Source of the DNA: Nitrososphaeria archaeon
Lineage (GTDB): Archaea > Thermoproteota > Nitrososphaeria > JACIWG01
NCBI GenBank assembly: GCA_050011875.1
Contig: JBEKIG010000021.1
Location: 1-26,085 of the forward strand
Direction: 5' to 3'
DNA length: 26,085 nucleotides
A program made the translations under genes and the position numbers. Within the stretch, counting starts at the first letter, position 1; each line of letters opens with the position of its first letter. The notes under the pieces are model-generated. The model ran no database searches, had not been told where the DNA came from, and saw only the letters and a list, made by a program, of their open reading frames with translations. Shown piece after piece: positions 18,212 to 26,085 of the stretch.

Positions 18212-18901
18212 ATGTTCTGTAATCTGTTCGTCTTTAGACACGCTGAGACTACCGATAACAGCAACCAAATATTCTCAGGCTGGCGCGACCCAGACTTAAC
18301 CCCAAAAGGACTCTTACAGGCAAAGAAGGTTGCTCGACAGCTGAAACAAGAAAAGATTGATTATGCATTCACGTCACACCTTTTGAGAGCCAAAAGAACC
18401 CTGGAAATTGTCCTTAAACCACACCTCAACATTCCTGTTTTCATGGATGACCGCCTAATAGAACGTTGTTATGGTACGTTGCAAGGCAAAAGCAAGGTCG
18501 AGATTGCAGCCGAAAGACCAGAATGGTTTGCAAAAGTTCATCGAGGCTACGATTTTTCACCTCCTGAAGGTGAAAGCATGAAAATGGTTGAAAACCGCAC
18601 ATTGCCCTTTGTTGTGCAGCTTGAAAGGTGGCTTCGACAGAATCCTGGCAATGTGGCTATCTCATGCCATGGCAACTCTATGCGTCCTATTAGGAGAGTC
18701 TTTGAACACTTAAGCATTAAGCAGATGCTTCAGCTCGAGAACCCGCAGAACCAAGCCATGGAATATGCTCTTCACATACACCGAGTTAATTTTGATGAAG
18801 TTGAGGAACGCAGGCTCGAAACGGATTGGCACAGTATCGTAATTCCGTCGTCTGTAAAGTTGGCGACGGATCCACGAAACCCATTGAAAAAATATTATTA
18901 G
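18212..18901 (+). CDS. gpmA: Histidine phosphatase family, likely 2,3-BPG-dependent phosphoglycerate mutase
   Basis: RHAET..N....FSGWRDPDLT..G, TSHL.RA..T, ERCYG.LQG..K, PPEGES, HGNSMR. Lies directly downstream of pyk. Confidence 0.8.
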   Translation: MFCNLFVFRHAETTDNSNQIFSGWRDPDLTPKGLLQAKKVARQLKQEKIDYAFTSHLLRAKRTLEIVLKPHLNIPVFMDDRLIERCYGTLQGKSKVEIAAERPEWFAKVHRGYDFSPPEGESMKMVENRTLPFVVQLERWLRQNPGNVAISCHGNSMRPIRRVFEHLSIKQMLQLENPQNQAMEYALHIHRVNFDEVEERRLETDWHSIVIPSSVKLATDPRNPLKKYY

Positions 18902-19261
18902 GTTTAACCAAAGTTTTGTGGCTTTTGCTAGTTTCTGAAAGTTAGCCAACATCATAAAGCAAAGTGAAAATCTTACGACTTTTTTCTGAAACAGTGACAT
19001 ATCTTTTATAGGGGCACTATAGGAGAATTCTGGGATTTCGATATATTCTCTTCAGCGAGCTCGAGGCAGAATCGCGAAGCTGCCCATCGACGTGATATCC
19101 TTCAGGCCGACCCTATTCATCGACTTGAAGAAGTATGCAGAAGACGGAAAACTGCTCTTTTAAAAATTACTCCCCAATTGATTTATTTCCCCAGCCCTTA
19201 AGCCGGGGCGCGTTCACCTTTATATTAGGTATATTCATCTTTGTGAACTTGTTTTTGGAAA

Positions 19262-20686
19262 TTACTGCGACTCGAGACGGTTCCACCTTTGTCGTATCTT
19301 CCTGTATGCCGCCGCGAGTAGCCTTACGAGGTTCGCTAGGAATTTGTTCTGTCTCTGCAAGTTCCTGGAAAGAACAGCTTCTTCTGACGTGAACTCGCGA
19401 TTGAGTTCATGAACGTCCGTCTTCTTAGAAAAGTAGAGGTAGATAGGAATCCCCAGCAGGACTACTGCCAACCCAACAACCTTGTCAAGGAGAGAAGTGG
19501 AGTAGAGCAGGTAGAGACTAACCCCAACCCCCAGCCACGGAAGTATGTTTTGACCGCGAAGGCCATGCTCGCCACTCTTTTTCAAAACAGACAGGGCAAG
19601 GCAAACGAGGAGATAGCAGACCCCGAGATTGAAAACTGCAAATGATATGAGTGTTGATATTCCGGAAAAGGGCATGAGTGCCAAAGCAATCACAGCCTCA
19701 AAGATTATCGCGACATAAGGCGTCTTAAAACGAGGGTGAACTTTGCCGAGCGCTTTTGGGAGCAACCCATCGCTAGACATGGCATAAATCAAACGTGCCG
19801 TCTCCATAACCTCCGTCTCGTCCGTGCCAGAGACAGAAGCGAGAGCACCAAAGCCAGTGATGACGGCTCCGACTATACCGAGGAGGACCGTACTGACCAA
19901 TATGAGAGGTATGGGGCTTTTCGAGAGTTGAGCCCAGTTGACTACTCCGAAGACTGTAAAGTTAGTCATGACGTAGAAGAACATCACTATCGCCATGCCG
20001 GTGATCATTGCCCTCGGAATGTTCTTTTTCGGGTCGACAACTTCGCTGGAAGGAAGACTACCAAGCTCGAATCCGGCATAGGCCCAGAAGATTAACACAA
20101 AGACAGCGCCGAAGTTGTTCAGACCTACGGGTGCGAGTGGGGTGTAATTTCCAAGTAGACTGGGTCTCAACAGAATCGACCCAACACCAAGGAAGATTAT
20201 GAGAAGGAGAGGAGTAAGCTTTGCGAGAGTCAGGACATCGTTGAGTCGTCCGGCCGCTTTGACACCAACAATATTGATTGTGGTGAGGACTACGATGAAA
20301 ATAATTCGGACTAGCAGCTGTACCCAGTAAGACAAAGGAATGAAGTACTGAAGGTAGTTCGTAAACACTATCGCAAAGACAGGAAGCGCGATGACCTCCG
20401 CGATGCACATGCTCCATCCCGCGATGAACCCGTAGAAATCGTCAAAGGCCACGGATACGAAGGCGAACGAGCCTCCCGCATTAGGAACATAGTAGCTACA
20501 GTACCCAAATACCATCGCCAGAACCATCGCAAATGCCCCACCTATAATCCAAACCACTATTCCAGAAGGCCCGATCAATCCTGCGACGAGGCCGGGAACA
20601 ATATAGATGTCGCTCCCGACAATTGCACCAATTACTATGTTCATGAGGTCAAAATATGAAAGGTCCCGCTTTAGCCCCAAAAACAC
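19262..20686 (-). CDS. APC family amino acid permease
   Basis: IGAIVGSDIY, P.AGG...F, WAYAGFE, EV.DP.KNIPRA, HPRFKTPY, about 12 TM. Confidence 0.93.
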   Translation of the reverse strand: MFLGLKRDLSYFDLMNIVIGAIVGSDIYIVPGLVAGLIGPSGIVVWIIGGAFAMVLAMVFGYCSYYVPNAGGSFAFVSVAFDDFYGFIAGWSMCIAEVIALPVFAIVFTNYLQYFIPLSYWVQLLVRIIFIVVLTTINIVGVKAAGRLNDVLTLAKLTPLLLIIFLGVGSILLRPSLLGNYTPLAPVGLNNFGAVFVLIFWAYAGFELGSLPSSEVVDPKKNIPRAMITGMAIVMFFYVMTNFTVFGVVNWAQLSKSPIPLILVSTVLLGIVGAVITGFGALASVSGTDETEVMETARLIYAMSSDGLLPKALGKVHPRFKTPYVAIIFEAVIALALMPFSGISTLISFAVFNLGVCYLLVCLALSVLKKSGEHGLRGQNILPWLGVGVSLYLLYSTSLLDKVVGLAVVLLGIPIYLYFSKKTDVHELNREFTSEEAVLSRNLQRQNKFLANLVRLLAAAYRKIRQRWNRLESQ

Positions 20687-21271
20687 TACCTTACTGACTA
20701 CCCAGCCAATTTTGCCTTAAAAAAGTTTGCAAAGGATGAACGAGCAAGTCTGAATATTTTTAGGATAGTAGTTTTTCCAGCAATGTTCAGACCTAGAAGG
20801 CCTAAACACTTTTCATTAACTCTTCAACATGGTTTCGAATACCAAAATAAGATTTACTTGTTGCCTGGCTAAGGGTAAACTATATCTGAACTTTCAAATA
20901 CCTATTTAATTCAAACGTTTTCGTGCGGGTAGAGTATTTGATCTCAACATTGTTTGGTTTGGGATCAAGTTTTACGCCAACCAAACTAGCCCTTAACACG
21001 TTTTGGGGGCTACCCGCAGAAGATCAATAACTGACGAATCAGATAACAAGGCCAGACCACATTCGATTGGATCTAAGAAAGAGAAAAAAAGGTTATAAAA
21101 ATAGACAGAAAACAGGATAAATCCCTAATGTAACTTCATTAAGGATTCTTTCTAACAATGAATTCAATCGTCTTATTTAAGATTTCACAGATTGACACTC
21201 AACTTGATCATTTAAATTTCAAATAATCAGAATCTCATAGGCGATGCTACTGCAACCTCAGGTATTTCATA

Positions 21272-21571
21272 AGAACTTTAGGTAAAGAATTAGATGGGAC
21301 GTCCCTTATGAACCAAGTTTTTTCTGCTAAAAATCCAATGATTAAATTTAATGACATGAAAAATTTAACTGAAATTGACGAACAAACAGGTTTAATGGAA
21401 CTTTTTGCAGGCGCCGTTCTTGCGATTAGAAATGTTTCTCATCATAAATCTAGAGATAAACAAGAAGATCCCTATAGCACAATAGAGTACTTACAATTTG
21501 CTAGTTTTCTTATAAAGAAGCTTGATTCTGCAATAGTAGTTAAAAAAAATTCCCACTCAAACTACTTTTAA
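21272..21571 (+). pseudogene. C-terminal fragment of a TIGR02391-like protein
   Basis: ELDGTSLMNQVFS...P.I.FN......DEQ.GLM.LF.GA..AIRN...H, L..ASFL...LD. The N-terminal half is absent. Confidence 0.7.
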
Positions 21572-21574
21572 ATC

Positions 21575-23281
21575 ATGGGTCGTCCTGACTTAGGACATGC
21601 TCGGAATAGAAGAGGAGATGGAACCCTGAAGAGCAGGCTGACTGCAAGGGAGAAATCTAAACTCCGCACACTTTCCGAATCTTTGGTCGGGAAAGAGAAG
21701 ATATCTTCCATTTGTGCGTATGGATCTAAGGTTGCGGGCTACGCGAGAGAAGATTCTGGTTATGACATGATCATAGTTACGAAGGACCTCGATGGGAGCA
21801 TAAGGTACGTACAAAACCAAGAGCCCATCCAGTCATCAGCGCTCATCGTCGAGGAGACCGCTCTGCGAGAAGATGCAAAGCAATCTTCTCTTGGGGAGTT
21901 CGTCGTAGGCAGGCTTTTGAACATCTATGAACCCATAGTTAACCCAGAGTTCTTGCGAAGTGTAGAAGTCGAATACAAAAAAAGGGTCATAGCTGAAGAG
22001 CTGATCGAAATTCAGTCAGACTATGGTGACTTTTCTTCAAACTTGATCATTCCTTACGAGTACTTTCTTTTCGATAAGCTGCATAAAAGGGCTCTTGTCT
22101 ACCCACATGTGATTTACAGCTACGATCACACCTATACATGTGCTCGAAGGAAAGAGAACAAGGAGTTCACAGTTCGTGGGTTCCGAGAAGCGGCAGCATC
22201 TCTTGCTTCACAAGGGATAGTGGAAAGTACTAATGAATCGGTCAGGATCAACCGCAGTATGCCTAGTGCAAGCTTACTTTCCAAGATTATCTCAATGTTT
22301 TCGTCCACTAGTACAGACGTTGCCCAGTACGCAATTCATGGATCCGCTGGAGGAGTGGGAAGCGAAATCGTCAAGACTGGAGCTCTCTCTAAAGTTGGAA
22401 GGATGGGAGGAACGGTCGAACCTTTGGTTGAACTCAACCGGCCGAAGAGGCTGCTTTACCTTGAGGAAGGGCTTCTTTTTGATGATGCAAACAAGATAAC
22501 CGAAGAGCTCGCTCAGATGTCCGGCTTCGGCAAAACCTATAGCCATAAAGTGGAGAAAAAGGGGGAGATCTACACTTCCACCGAGCTGCTCGAAATTTCA
22601 GGTCATGGAAGGCACGTGTACTATATCCTCAAGCACTTCCCTGATCTCAAATCCATAAAGTGGGGATTGCTCAACCTGTGGGCTTTTACTGCCAAGAAAT
22701 TCGACATGAGCCCACTTTCAAGACTCCAGAGAGAGTACGAGGCTGTCAAACGAGTACGTAAACTTGGAATAAAAACTCACAACATAATCGGCATTGCCTT
22801 TCACGAAAGGATTCTGGTTACCGCATATGTCAAGGGAGTCTCACTCTCCAAGTTCGTCGAGGAAATAACGAATGGGAAAGGCACGGGGACGGAATACATC
22901 GAAAAGTATGGCCAAATATTGGGCAAGTTGCACAAGGCTGGCTTGGTATATGGGGACACGAAGGCAGAGAACGCAATCGTGTGCAAAGGTGAAATCTATC
23001 TTTTCGACCTCGAGCAGGCCGTGGAGAATGGTGATACGGCGTGGGATCTCGCCGAGTTTCTCTACTATTCCGCGAAAGACGCGGTTAAAGAGGAAGGGAT
23101 GAAGCTTGTCGCTGAAGCGTTCCTTACCGGATATCGGAGTGAAAATGACGGCCAAGCGATTGCAAAGGCGAAGGGCATAAGATATCTGGCTCCGTTCCAG
23201 CCATTCGTATCTGCAAGTATGAGAAGCGTTGTCAGAGACGCTCTTGGAAGGTACTCGTCTGCTGGTGAAGCTGACCTTTGA
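21575..23281 (+). CDS. Fusion of a minimal-nucleotidyltransferase-fold domain and a C-terminal protein-kinase-like (RIO/Bud32/Kdo-like) domain
   Basis: YGSKVAGYAREDSGYD in the NTase domain. LKHF, RLQREY, LHKAG..YGDTKAEN, LFDLEQA, WDLAEF in the kinase domain. Confidence 0.85.
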   Translation: MGRPDLGHARNRRGDGTLKSRLTAREKSKLRTLSESLVGKEKISSICAYGSKVAGYAREDSGYDMIIVTKDLDGSIRYVQNQEPIQSSALIVEETALREDAKQSSLGEFVVGRLLNIYEPIVNPEFLRSVEVEYKKRVIAEELIEIQSDYGDFSSNLIIPYEYFLFDKLHKRALVYPHVIYSYDHTYTCARRKENKEFTVRGFREAAASLASQGIVESTNESVRINRSMPSASLLSKIISMFSSTSTDVAQYAIHGSAGGVGSEIVKTGALSKVGRMGGTVEPLVELNRPKRLLYLEEGLLFDDANKITEELAQMSGFGKTYSHKVEKKGEIYTSTELLEISGHGRHVYYILKHFPDLKSIKWGLLNLWAFTAKKFDMSPLSRLQREYEAVKRVRKLGIKTHNIIGIAFHERILVTAYVKGVSLSKFVEEITNGKGTGTEYIEKYGQILGKLHKAGLVYGDTKAENAIVCKGEIYLFDLEQAVENGDTAWDLAEFLYYSAKDAVKEEGMKLVAEAFLTGYRSENDGQAIAKAKGIRYLAPFQPFVSASMRSVVRDALGRYSSAGEADL

Positions 23282-23656
23282 GTAATTCAGCTGAATTCTA
23301 TATGCATCACGGCGATTACACGTAAATGATCCCAAATAGCTCCACTTCAGGCATCTTATTACTTTCCATATTAACGTCTTGGTATATTAAATCCTATTTC
23401 TTTTAGGAAAGTTTCACATTTTTCTCCTGAAATGAAAAAGGTTGAGCCAAACGCCTGCAAGGGGAACATACCATATTCCCCATCTGATTAAAAACGTGAA
23501 TAACAAGTAGGTGTGCACAAGTGGCTTCTTCGCAAACTTACTTTATGACTATACGCCGTAAGAGCAGAGCATGAGTATCTAAACAGAGGAAAAAGCTTTA
23601 GGAATACAAAGTTACTGGGAAAATTACGATTTGCGCGAAAGTGCAAGAATGGCGTC

Positions 23657-23799
23657 TTAATCTTTGGCCTTTCTTTTTGCTTTCCCTATTTCCTCTTCGG
23701 CTTTCCCTTCAGCTTTCTCAATCTTACCTTTAAGCTGTTCCGTTTTGTTATCTGTCAATTTGCCTACTTCTTCACGAATCTTTCCTCTTCTTTGCTCAT
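23657..23799 (-). pseudogene. csbD: CsbD-family stress protein, frameshifted (not in ORF track)
   Basis: Body GKIREEVGKLTDNKTEQLKGKIEKAEGKAEEEIGKAKRKAKD*. The upstream ATG AGC AAA GAA GAG (MSKEE) is out of frame (span 143 nt). Confidence 0.7.
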
Positions 23800-24631
23800 A
23801 TATTTTGAGTACGCTTTGGGGTTAATAAACCCTTTTGTTAATGGAGTGAAGGATATTTCTTTTTTTTTAATATATGACTGAAAGCCTAAAAAAACCCTTC
23901 GTGATCCGGCTTAACCAAATGAAGTCTCCGGGAACAAAGATCCATGTCATCTATCAGCCTCAAGCACGTTTCTCGAGAGCAGCTCATTTCAAGACCTTCC
24001 GAAAATGCTACGATGCATGTAGTAAGTATCTACAGCATGTAGAGAATATGCACAGGTGAATAAATTTAAAAATCGCTTGAAAACAGAGGTGGGAGATAGG
24101 ATTCCATTACGACTGCCTTAGCAGAAGCAACGGCAATTACACACTAGCACGAACTCTGTTTCAGGCAGAACAGACAGAAATGGGGACGTTCTTCAACGTA
24201 ACTTCCACTCGTGCACATGGCGATGTTATGTATATACTATCACTTTCTAGTTCATCATATCCTACCATTAAATAAAAGGATTTATCATGAGTTACCATGA
24301 TTTAGGTTAAATCTCGAGCCATCATTAAAATTTAGAGAATTCTCATTGTTGACAATATATTAAATCTTAATTGTTCTCCATGTGAATTTACCTACTCGCG
24401 ATCCGTCAAGGAACTTAATCTGAGAAAGTCCAAGATTTTGCTCACCTTAGCCACGCGGATGTAAGCAATTGTACGCTGCAACTCCATATATTATTTTTAC
24501 GCGCACGCCGATATGGGGAAACACGCAACTCGGATTACGCTACATTTAAAGTGCGCGTGTGCTGGCGAATAGTTGCAATACACTTCGGACAAGGCTCAAC
24601 TGAGGGGCTCTTGCCGTGGCCGCTGAAGCGA

Positions 24632-25036
24632 TTATTTAGGAGCCTTAGGAGCGTCGGGAACGTTGGCATATCCGGTTGAAAAAGGTGCTTGGAATCTGCC
24701 CACATTCTCTCTGATGATGCCATACCCCTTTTCTGCAAGAGAGTTTGGTAACTTGCCCAACTCTAGTGGTTTTGCATCGTGCTTGAGCGTAAGTTTGATT
24801 GTTGATCTCATTATTCCCTTGTCCAATTGTACACTTGCGATTTCTGAGTAACTGTAATCGGTGTAGTCCTTCTTCAATCCGAGCGCGTGGGGGTGTCGCA
24901 TAATTATCCGTTGGTCCGTAATAATTAAGGAGTCGATGTTCATCTGAGGATGGTAGATTTTCTCCTTAATATAGAGCTCAACCTTTTCGTTCGGGCCAAG
25001 TATATTCTTTATATCATCAGGCATAGCCATTGCCAT
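24632..25036 (-). CDS. bPH domain protein
   Basis: ILGPNEKV...LIITDQRII.....LG....DYSYSEI.SV....GIM. Start is more likely MAMAMPDD (25036) than 25147. Confidence 0.8.
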   Translation of the reverse strand: MAMAMPDDIKNILGPNEKVELYIKEKIYHPQMNIDSLIITDQRIIMRHPHALGLKKDYTDYSYSEIASVQLDKGIMRSTIKLTLKHDAKPLELGKLPNSLAEKGYGIIRENVGRFQAPFSTGYANVPDAPKAPK

Positions 25037-25546
25037 CACAACTTGGTTATCGTGATCTGTTATATAATTTTTCATTAAATCAGAATCATTACAAGGGACT
25101 ATTATTTCAATTTTATCTCTTTGTAATTTTGATGAAAGAACGTCCATATATTCATGGAAAAGCCAAGTTTGATATAATAAATTTATGAGGGTTTAATCCA
25201 TCGTTATTCAGAAAAGTAATCAGAATCTATTCTCTTAATTTCATAACTTAAAACTCTTGAGACGCCAACATCATTTTAGATCACGAATATTACCATTTGT
25301 TCTCCGTCGATGAGCCAAGATTTTGTTCTTAAATCTATGATAGGTTTTCTCTTACGAACGCTAACTTCGCAGATGAACAAAATAATGCTAGGAAAAAGTA
25401 TTATGAAGAAAATACCAGTATATGAATTATATATTTTATATTATATAATTTAGCGGATAAGCCCCATCTAACCAAAATTAAAACTGCTCCTCCATTCAGA
25501 ATCCGAAAAGTCCCACTCGCACAGCTCACTGACAACTATGTCGAAA

Positions 25547-25924
25547 TCAATTTGATGATCCTGAGATCAATCCGCCTATGAGTCCGCCGATTGTTGCTGC
25601 GATCGCTCCGAATATGGCAAGTATAATTGCTATGATTCCAACTGCCAGCCCAGCCAAGCCGCCTAAAAGTCCGCCCATGATTCCACTCGTGACTCCCCCA
25701 AGCACTACAAGACCGAGGATTGCGAGTATTGCAATGATGATGCCGCCGAATATTCCGGCGAGGAAACCTGATATTGCTCCTCCTCCTATGCCTTCGTGAA
25801 CTATGACACCAGCTGCAAATCCACCGATGAACCCACCTATTACGTGTCCAATTCCCGGAAACAGCCAGCCCATAATCAGTGTTATGACGAAACCAAGGAA
25901 AGCTCCGGACCATATGCTACCCAT
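25547..25924 (-). CDS. Gly-rich small membrane protein (DUF5518-like)
   Basis: GGFIGGFAAG...GAISGFLAGIFGG...IGGLIGG, the pattern of archaeal DUF5518-type proteins. Confidence 0.75.
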   Translation of the reverse strand: MGSIWSGAFLGFVITLIMGWLFPGIGHVIGGFIGGFAAGVIVHEGIGGGAISGFLAGIFGGIIIAILAILGLVVLGGVTSGIMGGLLGGLAGLAVGIIAIILAIFGAIAATIGGLIGGLISGSSN

Positions 25925-26085
25925 AAAGTCACCTTTGTCCAGTTAAAGCCTTACGTCCCGTTCGCTAATTAGAGTAGAGCTCAGCTACTTTTCTGGTTTT
26001 AGGGGTTTTAGGTACATGTGAAGATTTTCTTTTGCGACCCTGAGATTAAGACCTCTATCAGTCCAGTTAGCTTCCCCTTTGTTCA

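Noticed and set aside
19068-19163. Coding-like remnant RIAKLPIDVISFRPTLFIDLKKYAEDGKLLF*
   Set aside because: Too short, no start codon, and no family assignable.
23874-24059. 61-aa plus-strand ORF
   Set aside because: No motif or homology cue; may be spurious.
24161-24268. Minus-strand 35-aa ORF ending LKNVPISVCSA* resembling a YgiT-type zinc finger
   Set aside because: The second Cys position is a stop codon and the N-terminal CxxC is missing. Similarity is too weak.
24430-25325. 11-bp direct repeat CCAAGATTTTG flanking the second bPH gene
   Set aside because: Matches of this length are expected by chance in 26 kb, and there are no terminal inverted repeats or transposase.
678-25913. Numerous short antisense or alternate-frame ORFs in the track (e.g. 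678-881, 4883-5365, 10668-11021, 19736-20095, 22841-23335, 25536-25913)
   Set aside because: They are shadow ORFs overlapping well-supported genes and have no independent motifs.

Overview
Archaeal accessory/hypervariable region. Evidence: an aRF1 homolog with a Zn-ribbon insertion, TATA boxes about 25 nt upstream of start codons, and an archaeal tRNA-Leu 3'-end fragment. A TACK/Bathyarchaeia-like host is an inference only. The window is a patchwork of single genes with shifting base composition and several gene remnants (N- and C-terminal pieces of P-type H+-ATPase, a TIGR02391-like fragment, a frameshifted CsbD). Recognisable intact genes include MscS, a Na+/Ca2+ exchanger, a VOC protein, ThiF/MoeB, an NDP-sugar nucleotidyltransferase, pyruvate kinase plus dPGM, an APC permease and an NTase-kinase fusion. 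Most notable: (1) a full-length aRF1 paralog with all stop-decoding and catalytic motifs altered (GGQ->GGE, NIKS->VMKS, YxCxxxF->YEVDDHF), a candidate ribosome rescue or hibernation factor; (2) three dispersed copies of a 65-80 bp direct repeat, two ending in a tRNA-Leu 3' end (att-like), each downstream of different cargo, suggesting a tRNA-anchored cassette or tandem-island array; (3) a Schlafen/AlbA_2-2TM-Zn-ribbon gene divergent from a PH-domain/Zn-ribbon pair lying between two repeat copies; (4) an HTH-coiled-coil gene with an ATGAAC operator-like array. No intact tRNA, rRNA, CRISPR array or integrase was seen.
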